Origin: Clostridia bacterium
GTDB taxonomy: Bacteria; Bacillota; Clostridia; Christensenellales; UBA1242
Length of the DNA: 64,000 nt
NCBI GenBank assembly: GCA_017468205.1
Contig: JAFUJK010000050.1
Span: 5,566 to 69,565 of the forward strand
Reading direction: 5' to 3'
Below, in pieces: positions 25,912 through 35,549 of the stretch. The translations under genes and the position numbers were made by a program. Position 1 is the stretch's first letter, and each line of letters opens with the position of its first letter. Under the pieces are notes generated by a model. The model was not told the DNA's origin and ran no database searches. It saw nothing but the letters and a program-made list of their open reading frames with translations.

Positions 25912-28104
25912 ATGGAAAAAGACCTGATTTCCACCCCAAAAATCCCGCGGGGGGGGGGGGCGCTAAATAGCGAAAAAATTGCTGAAAAAGCCGATAAAAA
26001 CGGCACTTTCAGCGATTTAAAAATTGAAAAAAAGACCCTAAAAAAAGAACAAAAAAGAGGTAAAATAATTGCCTTAATTCTCTCCATAATATTTCTTTTC
26101 ACCGTCCTAGTTGGTGGTAGTGTATTTTTGTTTGTTAATCATATAAACAAAATAAATGCAAGCACCACAACAACTACAACATTAGCAAATATTTATACCA
26201 CAAATGGCACGCTTGATAAAAATGCCGTTATTGCTTTACTTGATGCAGTTGGTTACTGGGACAATCCAAGCGACACAGGCACATACACGGCGCACAACAT
26301 AGCCTCACGTGGGACAAGTGGAAGCGATAATACAATAATATTTCCAATGGGATACTATGTTGATGCAAGCGGAAATATGGACACGTCAAAGCCGATTTTA
26401 TGGCAAGCTACATATCTTTGGAATAACTACCTTACGGTTTGGATGAACACAAACTATGTTGTTGAATATTATAATAACAGCGGTACAGAAAAAACGGGCT
26501 TTGGTAATGGCACATCTTATTCGTTATATTCAAACTACTCAAAATCAACTCTCCGTGATGTAACAAACAACATATACGCAAAGTTGAACGGAAAATTGGA
26601 AAGTTTTAGTAGTATTATCCAATCACCAAAAAATGCAGATGCAACTTGGCAAAAGACACAACCAGAGGACGTACATACTTATACAAGTAGTAATTACGAC
26701 CACCACAATGGATTGTATAGTTATGGTGGAGTGTATACAGGTTGGGCAAATAGTAACTGGAATACATCAAATCCACCATATAATGATAATTTTTGGATAC
26801 CAAGTAGTGTAGAAGTGTTTAATATAACTCCAAAAACTACCTCTACAACGGCACAAGTAAACAATGGTTTATGGGGCTTAACAGCTGCTGACAGAGGATT
26901 TGATACAACAACAATAGAAGGAAGCGGTACAACATCATATTGCTGGCTGCGCTCCGGCCTCTCTGGCAATAACTACATTGCGATGCAAGTGGGCTCCTCG
27001 GGCTCCGCTAACTTCAACCCTGTGAACGGTAGCTACGGCGTCCGTCCTGCCGCTCACATCTCCTTGAGCGCGCTGAAAGATGCCGCAAAATTTAATGCAA
27101 CAACAAGTGTTATTAATTCTTCTATGGGAACTGCAACGGGTGGTATATATCATTACAACACCACCGTAACAATCACCGCTACCCCTAATGCGGGCTACTT
27201 ATTTGATTATTGGATGATTGATGGGGTAAGAGTTGAATATAATCCATATTCTTTTGTAATAACTGCTGATGTAACTGCGCTTGCATATTTTAAAGCGGGA
27301 GTATTAATCACCGCAAACACTTCTAATTCTACTTATGGTACAGCAAGTGGTGGTGGAACATTTGAAAGTGGTGATTTAGTATCATTAACAGCATCACCTA
27401 AAACTGGTTATGCCTTTGCTTATTGGCAGGATAGCGGTGGAGGAACTTATGAAAGCAATCCTCTAACAATAACCGCGAGCAGTGCGCAGACTTATACTGC
27501 ATATTTCATAAAATATTACACAGCAAACATAACAGGCTCACAAACATTTACAAGCGACTTTTCACGCGACAAGAATCACACACTTACATACTATTTGACC
27601 GCTTCAAGTGGATACTATTTTAGCACGGTTACAATAGATTCAATTACTACAACTTTTGAGTATGTGAGTGGAGCTCTTATGAGTGCAAATTGCCTTGGTA
27701 TAGAATACCTTTTGAATAGTTCAGGCAATGAATTAATGTTGAGAATTAATCGAATTAAGGCTGATTTTGCAATTTCTTTAAACTTTATCAACACCGCGCC
27801 CGTTCTTAAAGAGGCAGGAGGGCTGAACATTGAAGGTGTCGCCGTGCAAGCGACCAATGGCGGAGAAGTGCGTTTAACTGGCTCGGACTTGACCGATGAT
27901 AGCGACACGGTCGTGTGTATGGCGGTTGCGTATGCGGGCTATCAGTTTGACGGCTGGACAGACAGCGACGGAAATGACCTTGGCACCGATTTAAGTGTGC
28001 GCCTTACAAAGGAACAAGTTGAAGGAAAAATTATAACCGCTAATTTTGTAAAAATAGAAGCAAATATCAACACAGATACGAGCAACACGGATAAGTTGAC
28101 GTAA
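25912..28104 (+). CDS. membrane-anchored surface protein with a DUF6273-like domain and Listeria-Bacteroides (InlB B-type) repeats
   Basis: The ATG at 25912 follows GGAGGG; the track start at 25720 has no RBS. Lys-rich cytoplasmic N-terminus, then one TM (IIALILSIIFLFTVLVGGSVFLFV) and a poly-Thr linker. ..YCWLRSG...GSYGVRPAAHISL resembles DUF6273. At least 3 repeats carry the G-Y-x-F-x-x-W signature (NAGYLFDYW, KTGYAFAYW, YAGYQFDGW). Confidence 0.75.
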   Translation: MEKDLISTPKIPRGGGALNSEKIAEKADKNGTFSDLKIEKKTLKKEQKRGKIIALILSIIFLFTVLVGGSVFLFVNHINKINASTTTTTTLANIYTTNGTLDKNAVIALLDAVGYWDNPSDTGTYTAHNIASRGTSGSDNTIIFPMGYYVDASGNMDTSKPILWQATYLWNNYLTVWMNTNYVVEYYNNSGTEKTGFGNGTSYSLYSNYSKSTLRDVTNNIYAKLNGKLESFSSIIQSPKNADATWQKTQPEDVHTYTSSNYDHHNGLYSYGGVYTGWANSNWNTSNPPYNDNFWIPSSVEVFNITPKTTSTTAQVNNGLWGLTAADRGFDTTTIEGSGTTSYCWLRSGLSGNNYIAMQVGSSGSANFNPVNGSYGVRPAAHISLSALKDAAKFNATTSVINSSMGTATGGIYHYNTTVTITATPNAGYLFDYWMIDGVRVEYNPYSFVITADVTALAYFKAGVLITANTSNSTYGTASGGGTFESGDLVSLTASPKTGYAFAYWQDSGGGTYESNPLTITASSAQTYTAYFIKYYTANITGSQTFTSDFSRDKNHTLTYYLTASSGYYFSTVTIDSITTTFEYVSGALMSANCLGIEYLLNSSGNELMLRINRIKADFAISLNFINTAPVLKEAGGLNIEGVAVQATNGGEVRLTGSDLTDDSDTVVCMAVAYAGYQFDGWTDSDGNDLGTDLSVRLTKEQVEGKIITANFVKIEANINTDTSNTDKLT
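25949..25960 (+). repeat. homopolymeric G12 tract inside the 5' end of the surface-protein CDS
   Basis: Counted directly: cgc-GGGGGGGGGGGG-cgc, covering codons 13-17 (R-G-G-G-A). Confidence 0.95.
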
Positions 28105-28180
28105 AGAACTTTTAATTTAAAGGCGAGATTGCAAATTTGCAGAGATTTCCTACGCTTACTCGAAATGACACATAAAAAAC

Positions 28181-28207
28181 AAAAAAAGAGCGAAATCGCT
28201 CTTTTTT
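28181..28207. terminator. bidirectional terminator between the surface-protein gene and rpsU
   Basis: AAAAAAAGAGCG-AAAT-CGCTCTTTTTT between convergent genes. Confidence 0.8.
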
Positions 28208-28209
28208 AA

Positions 28210-28386
28210 TTACTTGCGGTTGCGTTTACGAGCAGCCTCGCTCTTTTTCTTACGCTTTACGCTAGGTTTCTCGTATGCTTCGTGCTTACGCAAATCACCG
28301 ATGATGCCATCTTTTTGGCACTTGCGCTTAAATCTCTTCAATGCGCTTTCGATTGATTCGTCCTTGCCGACTACTACCATTGTCAT
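28210..28386 (-). CDS. rpsU: 30S ribosomal protein S21
   Basis: Not in the ORF track because it is under 60 aa. Reverse translation gives [58 protein letters not shown], which closely matches B. subtilis S21 (..ESLEDALRRFKR...[18 protein letters not shown]). RBS GAAGGTGGTGA. Confidence 0.93.
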   Translation of the reverse strand: MTMVVVGKDESIESALKRFKRKCQKDGIIGDLRKHEAYEKPSVKRKKKSEAARKRNRK

Positions 28387-28628
28387 CTTTTCTCACCACC
28401 TTCGCGTAAAATATTTAATCAATCATAGCATATTTTATCAAATAAATCAAGTAGTTAGACCAATTTATTGTGAATTTTTGCACAAATTTTAACTTTTTTG
28501 CTCAAAATTTTATAAAAATCTTGAAATTTTTGTCAAAAGTTGTATGTTTATATATATTAACCAAAGTTTACTGCTAAATCATTTGCAAAAAAAAGATAAA
28601 GTTGATAAACTTAAACAAAGGAGAGAAA

Positions 28629-30164
28629 ATGTTAGCGAAAGTTAAATCCCTTGGGCTAAATGGTATTGAGGGTTTTGAGGTAAGGGTGGAAGCAGATGTG
28701 AACAATGGTTTGCCTAAATTTGACATTGTAGGTTTACCAGATACTGCTATTAAAGAAAGCAAAGAGCGCATTAGAAGTGCTATAAAGAATTCGTGCTTAA
28801 AATTTCCTATGCTAAAACTTACAATCAACCTAGCACCAGCGGATAAGAAGAAAGAAGGGCCTATTTATGATTTGCCGATTGCTGTTGCGTTGCTAGTTTG
28901 TACTGGGGAAATTAAAAATGAAAATGTTGAGAAATTTACTTTTATTGGTGAATTAAGCCTAGATGGTGCAACTCACCGCGCGACAGGCGTACTTCCTTTA
29001 TTAATATCGGCGCGCGTGTTGGGACACAAAACTATTTTTGTTCCTGCGGAAAATGCCGCGGAGGCAAGTTTTATAGATGGAATTGATGTATATCCAATCA
29101 AAAATCTTGCAGAATTGGTGCAATTTTTAAACGGAGAAACTATTTTACAACCAGTTCCAAAGCGTAGTTTTGAAGATGCTCAACAAAACCAAGTTGAAAT
29201 CAATGACTTTTGTTATGTCAAAGGTCAGGAGAGGGCAAAGCGTGCGATGGAAGTTGCTGCAGCTGGTGGACATAATATTATGATGATAGGCCCACCTGGA
29301 GCGGGTAAGACAATGCTTGCCCGTTGTTTACCAAGTATTTTGCCGACACTTTCATTTGAAGAGGCACTTGAAGTAACTAAAATTCATAGTGTAGCAGGGG
29401 TTTTAGATGCGCGAGAGGGTATTGTATGGAAACGTCCATTCCGTTCGCCACATCACACAACTACACCAGTAACTCTTACAGGTGGTGGAAATCGCTCAAA
29501 ACCAGGAGAGATTAGCCTTGCACATAGTGGAGTGTTATTTTTAGATGAGTTGCCTGAATATAATCGTAAGACTCTTGAAACATTGCGCCAGCCGTTGGAA
29601 GATGGAGTAATAACGGTTGCGCGTGTTAATTCAACGGTAGAATATCCAGCGGAATTTATGCTTGTGTCAAGTATGAACCCTTGTCCTTGTGGTAACTATG
29701 GTTCAAAAACTCGCGAATGCCGTTGTAGCCCAACTCAAATACACAAATATTTAGAAAAATTGAGTGGCCCGCTTATGGATAGAATTGATTTGCACATTGA
29801 AGTAGATGGAATTTCGTTTGAGGAATTGACAGCGGTGCAAGGCACAGAAGAACCAAGTTCCGTTATACGTGAACGCGTAAATTATGCGCGTGCTCGTCAA
29901 CGTGAGAGATTTAAGGGAACAAAAACAAAGTGTAATGCAAAGATGAATTCAAAGCAAGTAGCTCAATATTGTGCGTTAGATGAAGAAAGTCAAAGCCTTA
30001 TGAAAGAGGCTTTTGAAGCATTTAATCTTTCAGCGCGTGCGCATAATCGAATTTTGAAAGTTGCTCGCACAATCGCTGATATAGAAGGTAGCGAAAATAT
30101 TGGACTTTATCATTTGGCTGAGGCACTGGGGTATAGAAAACTAGATAAAAAGTACTGGATATAG
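28629..30164 (+). CDS. comM: Mg-chelatase-like AAA+ protein ComM/YifB
   Basis: N-terminal Lon-like domain, Walker A GPPGAGKTM, LFLDELPEY, a Cys cluster CPCGNYGSKTRECRC, and a Mg_chelatase C-terminus. Lies adjacent to dprA. Confidence 0.9.
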   Translation: MLAKVKSLGLNGIEGFEVRVEADVNNGLPKFDIVGLPDTAIKESKERIRSAIKNSCLKFPMLKLTINLAPADKKKEGPIYDLPIAVALLVCTGEIKNENVEKFTFIGELSLDGATHRATGVLPLLISARVLGHKTIFVPAENAAEASFIDGIDVYPIKNLAELVQFLNGETILQPVPKRSFEDAQQNQVEINDFCYVKGQERAKRAMEVAAAGGHNIMMIGPPGAGKTMLARCLPSILPTLSFEEALEVTKIHSVAGVLDAREGIVWKRPFRSPHHTTTPVTLTGGGNRSKPGEISLAHSGVLFLDELPEYNRKTLETLRQPLEDGVITVARVNSTVEYPAEFMLVSSMNPCPCGNYGSKTRECRCSPTQIHKYLEKLSGPLMDRIDLHIEVDGISFEELTAVQGTEEPSSVIRERVNYARARQRERFKGTKTKCNAKMNSKQVAQYCALDEESQSLMKEAFEAFNLSARAHNRILKVARTIADIEGSENIGLYHLAEALGYRKLDKKYWI

Positions 30165-30166
30165 AA

Positions 30167-31270
30167 ATGAATTTGGATAAAATTTTTATTTGGCTGTCTA
30201 TGAGTGATATGCCAGTGAAAAAGTTATATGACTGGGTGTTATCGTATGACAACTTGGAAGATTTGTGGGAAGTAAAAAGATACGACAATCACGTAATGCA
30301 ATATTTAGATGGTGACGAATTTCAAGAATTAATGACAATCCGTGATGGTGGTAAACTAGATAGAATGATTGAACATATTGAAAATTCAAGAATAAAATAT
30401 GTTACTCCGCTTAGTAAGGATTATCCTAAATGTTTTAATGGACTTGAAGTTCCGCCACTTATCATATATTATATAGGTGATATTAGTTTACTAGATACGC
30501 GCTGTTTTACTATTGTAGGTTCACGTGTTTGTACGCGTTATGGTGTGGAGCAAACAGAACGTTTCGCAAGTGCGTTAAGCAAAGCGGGTTTTGCAATTGT
30601 TAGTGGTTTGGCGGAAGGAATTGATGGACACGCTCATGTTGGGACATTGGCGGTAAAAGGAAAGGCAATAGGTGTTCTAGCGGGCGGACTGGATTACATT
30701 TATCCAGCAATCAACGTTCAACTTGCACGTGATATAGTTAGTAATGGTGGAGTGATTATTTCTGAAAAAGCACCCGATGTAAATCCTAAAAATTTCACCT
30801 TTGTGCAAAGAAATAGGCTCATCGCTGCAATAGGAGAAGGGATTTTGGTTACTGAAGCTGGAGAGAAAAGCGGAGCATTACATACTGTAAATTTTGCACT
30901 TGATTTAGGGAAAGACTTGTTTGTTATTCCTGGAAATTGCAACAGCAAATCAAGCGAAGGCTCAAACAATCTTATAAAACAATTTTATTCTTGTTGTGTA
31001 ACAAAACCTGAAGAGATTATATCTATTATTAATCAAAACTATGTGGAAACGACGGATGCTTCAAAGCAAAAAATCGAACGCAAACTATTGTTAAGCACGG
31101 ATGAGCAAGCAATTCTGGCAGTTTTGAAGGATGAAGACAAACATTTTGACGAAATTTTAGAAAAAACGCAAATAACTACAAAAAATTTGCTTGGACTGTT
31201 GACAACAATGGAAATTCGTGGTTTAATTAAGAAGTTACCAAGTAATTTTTATGGATTGAAGGATAAATAA
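30167..31270 (+). CDS. dprA: DNA processing protein DprA (Smf)
   Basis: GSRVCTRYG...VSGLAEGIDGHAH...GGLDYIYP...FVQRNRLIA...SGALHT Rossmann-fold DprA signature, followed by topA as in Bacillus. Confidence 0.92.
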   Translation: MNLDKIFIWLSMSDMPVKKLYDWVLSYDNLEDLWEVKRYDNHVMQYLDGDEFQELMTIRDGGKLDRMIEHIENSRIKYVTPLSKDYPKCFNGLEVPPLIIYYIGDISLLDTRCFTIVGSRVCTRYGVEQTERFASALSKAGFAIVSGLAEGIDGHAHVGTLAVKGKAIGVLAGGLDYIYPAINVQLARDIVSNGGVIISEKAPDVNPKNFTFVQRNRLIAAIGEGILVTEAGEKSGALHTVNFALDLGKDLFVIPGNCNSKSSEGSNNLIKQFYSCCVTKPEEIISIINQNYVETTDASKQKIERKLLLSTDEQAILAVLKDEDKHFDEILEKTQITTKNLLGLLTTMEIRGLIKKLPSNFYGLKDK

Positions 31271-31362
31271 TGTATTATGAAATGTTACTTGTCGTTTTTG
31301 CCGGCTTTTGGATTATAAAATGGATTGTTGATAGGTAAAAACGAAAATTTGGGAGGATATTG

Positions 31363-33723
31363 ATGAAATTAGTAGTTATAGAGGGTCCTGGTAAGCGAGA
31401 GACTATAAAGAAATATCTCGGCTCAGACTATGAGGTTTTTGCGACAAAAGGGCATGTTCGCGACCTGCCTGTAAAAGGTTTTGGTATTGATTTTAACAAT
31501 GCTTTTGAGCCTAAATATGAAATTTTGGCTGATAAGAAAGAGGTTATTCAGACTTTAAAGCAAGTTGCTTCTCGTGCGGACAAAGTTTTGTTGGCGACCG
31601 ACCCTGACCGCGAAGGTGAGGCGATTTCGTGGCACGTGGCGAATGTTTTGGGACTTAATCCAAACGACAATATTCGTATTGAGTTTAATGAAATTTCAAA
31701 AAATGCGGTTAATTCTGCTATTAATAAGCCTCGCGTTATTGATACAAATCTTGTGAACGCGCAACAGGCGCGCAGAGTGTTGGATAGAATCGTTGGTTAT
31801 AAACTTTCACCAATTCTTTGTAGAAAAATTCAACCAAAGTTGAGTGCAGGGCGTGTTCAGTCTGTTACTTTAAAACTCGTGGTTGACCGCGAACGCGAAA
31901 TTCTAAACTTTAAGCCAGAAGAATGGTGGGCTATCACCGCTAATCTCGCAAAACAAGGTGAGGGTGATAAAAAATTTACTGCTACGCTGTTGAATAAAGA
32001 TGGCAAGAAGTTTAAAGTTACTTCGGCGCAAGAAAAAGATGAGTTCTTAAACGATATTGCAAACCAGACTTGGAAAGTTGGGAATATTAAAAAATCAGTT
32101 ACAAAATCACATCCACCAGCACCATATATAACGAGTACAATGCAACAAGATGCACTTAATAAACTGGGAATGTCATTAAAACGCACTACACTTGCTGCGC
32201 AAAACTTGTATGAAGGTGTAGATATTGCTGGAAAAGGCAAGACTGCACTTATTACATATATCCGTACAGACTCTGTTCGTGTTTCGCCTGAAGCTCAAAA
32301 TGCCGCAAGGGCTTATATTGTACAAAAATATGGTGATAAATATTGCCCTGCAACTCCAAACCTCTTTAAATCTAAAAAATCTGCTCAAGATGCCCACGAG
32401 GCAATCCGACCAATTTACATTGATATTCGTCCAGAAGATGTCAAGGATAGTTTGTCGGGAGATAACTTTAAATTATACAAGTTGATTTATGAGCGCTTTT
32501 TGGCGAGTCAAATGTCTGACGCAACTTATAATTCTGTTTCGCTTGATATTGATGTTAAAAACTATACATTTAGAGCAACAGGACGCACTCCTATTTTTGC
32601 TGGATACACAATTTTGTATCAAGAATATGTCGCAAAGGATAAAGATGAGGAGGAAACACAAAGCGCAATTCCTCCATTGACAGATGGCGAACTTTTAGAC
32701 CTAATGGGCTTGAAGACTGAACAAAAATTTACAAAACCACCAGCTCGATTTACTGAGGCTAGTCTTGTTAAGGCAATGGAAGAACGAGGAATTGGGCGTC
32801 CTGCTACTTATACTCCAACGATAACTGTTCTTTTTAATCGAAAGTATATAGAAAATGAAGGTCGTTATATGAAACCGACCGAATTAGGTTGCTCGTGTAC
32901 GGATTTACTCGTTGAATATTTCCCTGAAATTATGGACGTTGCATTTACAGCAAATATGGAAGATGACCTTGATGAAATTGCTTGTGGCAATAAAGAGTGG
33001 CGACACGTAATATCAGACTTTTATGAGGGCTTTAAGGCTGAAATGAGCAAAGCAAATGAGGCATTAAACACATTTGTTGAGGATACTGATGAAGTTTGTG
33101 AAAAATGTGGCAACCCAATGATTATTAGACAGGGAAAATATGGCAAATTTATGGCTTGTAGCAACTATCCAAAGTGTAAAAATATTAAAAACTTGGATAG
33201 TGAAAGCGAAACATCGGTTGAAGAAACCGACGAAATTTGCCCAGAGTGTAACAATAAACTTGTTATCAAAACTGGTAAATTTGGAAAATTTTTAGCTTGT
33301 AGCAATTATCCAGAATGTGCTTATAAGAAAAATTTGAGCGAAAATTCGCCAATTGTAGAAACGGATAAGGTATGCGAGAAGTGTGGCCACAAAATGGTTG
33401 AGCGCGTGGGTAAATACGGCAAGTTTTTAGCTTGTAGTAATTATCCTAATTGTAAAAATGTTGTTTCATTAAGCAAAAGTGTTGGCACTTGTCCAAATTG
33501 TGGTAAAGACGTAGTGGAAAAACGCAATAAAAAAGGCGAAGTTTTCTATGGTTGCTCGGGGTATCCTGCTTGTACGTTCATATTTAAAGATAAGCCAACA
33601 GGCGAGCAGTGCCCAAATTGCAAAAGTGCTATTTTGCGTAAAGAAACAAAGTCTTATATTCACGATTATTGCTCTAATTCTAGTTGTAGTTATCAAAAAA
33701 ATATATCTAAAAAGGAAGAATAA
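31363..33723 (+). CDS. topA: DNA topoisomerase I with multiple C-terminal C4 zinc ribbons
   Basis: TOPRIM (LVVIEGPGK..ATDPDREGE), the catalytic-Tyr region ITYIRTDS, and five CxxC...CxxC zinc-ribbon repeats in the C-terminus. Confidence 0.96.
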   Translation: MKLVVIEGPGKRETIKKYLGSDYEVFATKGHVRDLPVKGFGIDFNNAFEPKYEILADKKEVIQTLKQVASRADKVLLATDPDREGEAISWHVANVLGLNPNDNIRIEFNEISKNAVNSAINKPRVIDTNLVNAQQARRVLDRIVGYKLSPILCRKIQPKLSAGRVQSVTLKLVVDREREILNFKPEEWWAITANLAKQGEGDKKFTATLLNKDGKKFKVTSAQEKDEFLNDIANQTWKVGNIKKSVTKSHPPAPYITSTMQQDALNKLGMSLKRTTLAAQNLYEGVDIAGKGKTALITYIRTDSVRVSPEAQNAARAYIVQKYGDKYCPATPNLFKSKKSAQDAHEAIRPIYIDIRPEDVKDSLSGDNFKLYKLIYERFLASQMSDATYNSVSLDIDVKNYTFRATGRTPIFAGYTILYQEYVAKDKDEEETQSAIPPLTDGELLDLMGLKTEQKFTKPPARFTEASLVKAMEERGIGRPATYTPTITVLFNRKYIENEGRYMKPTELGCSCTDLLVEYFPEIMDVAFTANMEDDLDEIACGNKEWRHVISDFYEGFKAEMSKANEALNTFVEDTDEVCEKCGNPMIIRQGKYGKFMACSNYPKCKNIKNLDSESETSVEETDEICPECNNKLVIKTGKFGKFLACSNYPECAYKKNLSENSPIVETDKVCEKCGHKMVERVGKYGKFLACSNYPNCKNVVSLSKSVGTCPNCGKDVVEKRNKKGEVFYGCSGYPACTFIFKDKPTGEQCPNCKSAILRKETKSYIHDYCSNSSCSYQKNISKKEE

Positions 33724-35022
33724 GTGCAAAAAGTAACCATTATTGGCGCGGGGCTTGCAGGCGCAGAATGTGCGTATCAACTGGCAAAACGCGGTGTAGA
33801 GGTTGATTTGATTGAAATGAAGCCAAGCAAATTCACCCCCGCACATCATAATCCAAATTTTGCGGAATTGGTTTGTTCCAATTCTCTTAAAAATGATACT
33901 CTTGATTTTGCGACAGGGGTGCTCAAAGCGGAAATGCGTGCTTTGGGCTCTTTTGTGTTGCAATGCGCGGATGAAGCACGTATTCCAGCGGGAAATGCCT
34001 TAACTGTTGATAGAGATAAATTTGCAGAAATTGTTACGAAGCGTTTGCGTGCTATGTCAAATATTAATATCATTGAGCGAGAGGCTATTGATTTTGATAT
34101 TGATGCACCAACTGTTATTTGTGCAGGGCCTTTGTGTACTGATAGTTTGTCTAAATATATCCAATCATTGACAGGTGAAAGTTTATATTTTTATGATGCT
34201 GTTGCTCCTATTGTTTCGGCGGATAGCATAGATTATAATCACGCGTTTTTTCAAGACCGCTTTGGACAAGGTGAAGGAGATTACCTAAATTGTCCATTGA
34301 ATAAGGAAGAATATATTGCGTTTTGGGAAGAATTATGCAAGGCGGAACGTGTTGAACTTCATACTTTTGAAAATGAGGTCAATTTTGAAGGTTGCTTACC
34401 TGTTGAAGTTATGGCGAAACGTGGGGTAGATGTTTTGCGCTGTGGGCCTATGAAACCTGACGGGATAAAGTATAACGGACAAACGCCTTATGCGGTGGTT
34501 CAATTAAGACGAGAAAATTGTGCAGGGGAAATGTATAATCTAGTAGGCTTTCAGACCAACCTCACATTTCCCGAGCAGAAACGTATTTGGTCAATGATTC
34601 CTGCGTTAAAAAATGCGGAATGGCTTCGACTCGGAGTGATGCACAGAAATACTTTTATCAATGCTCCCAAGTATCTAAACCACCACTTTCAGTTAAAAAC
34701 ACACCCCAATATTATGTTTGCGGGACAAATAAGTGGTGTAGAAGGTTATACTGAAAGTGTCGCAAGTGGTTTACTTTGTGGTTTAAATATGCTAAAATAT
34801 ATTAGCAATCAACCTTTGATTGAGTTTGGAATAGAAACTTGTTTAGGTGCTTTGGGGAATTATCTTGAAGCGGGCAACCCTAACTCTTTTCAACCAATGC
34901 ATATTAATTGGGGATTGTTGAAACCTATTGATGTTCCCAAAAAGGACAAAAAGCAAGCTTTAGCTAAGCGGGCTTTAAGTAAAATCGCAATAATAAAGGA
35001 GGACTTAGCAAATGGAATTTAG
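33724..35022 (+). CDS. trmFO: methylenetetrahydrofolate--tRNA-(uracil54-C5)-methyltransferase TrmFO
   Basis: GTG start after AAGGAAGA. VTIIGAGLAGAECAYQLA FAD-binding fold. topA-trmFO-hslVU synteny as in Bacillus. Confidence 0.92.
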   Translation: MQKVTIIGAGLAGAECAYQLAKRGVEVDLIEMKPSKFTPAHHNPNFAELVCSNSLKNDTLDFATGVLKAEMRALGSFVLQCADEARIPAGNALTVDRDKFAEIVTKRLRAMSNINIIEREAIDFDIDAPTVICAGPLCTDSLSKYIQSLTGESLYFYDAVAPIVSADSIDYNHAFFQDRFGQGEGDYLNCPLNKEEYIAFWEELCKAERVELHTFENEVNFEGCLPVEVMAKRGVDVLRCGPMKPDGIKYNGQTPYAVVQLRRENCAGEMYNLVGFQTNLTFPEQKRIWSMIPALKNAEWLRLGVMHRNTFINAPKYLNHHFQLKTHPNIMFAGQISGVEGYTESVASGLLCGLNMLKYISNQPLIEFGIETCLGALGNYLEAGNPNSFQPMHINWGLLKPIDVPKKDKKQALAKRALSKIAIIKEDLANGI

Positions 35023-35548
35023 AGGAACTACTATTGTGGCTGTAAAGCGCGACGGCAAGACCGTATTTGGTGCGGACAGTCAAGCAACATTGGATACAAT
35101 GGTTTTTAAAGATGGTGTAAAAAAATTACACAAAATCTATAATGATAAAATTTTGGTGGGCTTTGCCGGGGCTGTTGCTCCTGCGTTTGCTGTTTTGCGC
35201 CTACTTGAAGAAAACTTGAACAAATATTCAGGAAATCTTCAACGCGCACTTGTAGAGTTGTCATCAGGTTGGCAAAACCTTAATGCTATGCGTAGCGGAG
35301 TTGAAGTTATGATGATAATTGCTAATAAGGAAGATATTTTTGTCTTTACTGGCGATGGAATGGTAACTCGTCCTAATGATGACTTTGTTTCAGTTGGGTC
35401 GGGAAGTAAATATGCTCTTGGGGCGGCTCGTGCGTTGTTTGAGAATACAAAATTGAGCGCAAAAGATATTGCAGAAAAATCACTACAAATTGCAAGTGAA
35501 TACTGCATTTACACTAACAATCATTTATTCTTTGAGGAGGTGAAATAG
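35012..35548 (+). CDS. hslV: ATP-dependent protease subunit HslV (ClpQ)
   Basis: 178 aa. N-terminal ..GTTIVAVKRDG Ntn-hydrolase start, and GSGSKYALGAARAL. Confidence 0.9.
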   Translation: MEFRGTTIVAVKRDGKTVFGADSQATLDTMVFKDGVKKLHKIYNDKILVGFAGAVAPAFAVLRLLEENLNKYSGNLQRALVELSSGWQNLNAMRSGVEVMMIIANKEDIFVFTGDGMVTRPNDDFVSVGSGSKYALGAARALFENTKLSAKDIAEKSLQIASEYCIYTNNHLFFEEVK

Positions 35549-35549
35549 T

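Noticed and set aside
26935-27153. Antisense ORFs (26935-27153 and 27615-27908, - strand) inside the surface-protein gene
   Set aside because: They coincide exactly with the GC-rich patches, where stop codons are rare in every frame. They are side effects of composition, not genes.
28214-28492. 92-aa ORF on the + strand
   Set aside because: It is antisense to rpsU, whose translation is an unmistakable S21. The + frame has no RBS and an implausible composition.
33469-33963. 164-aa ORF on the - strand spanning the topA/trmFO junction
   Set aside because: It is antisense to two strongly supported genes, with no RBS and no recognisable motif.
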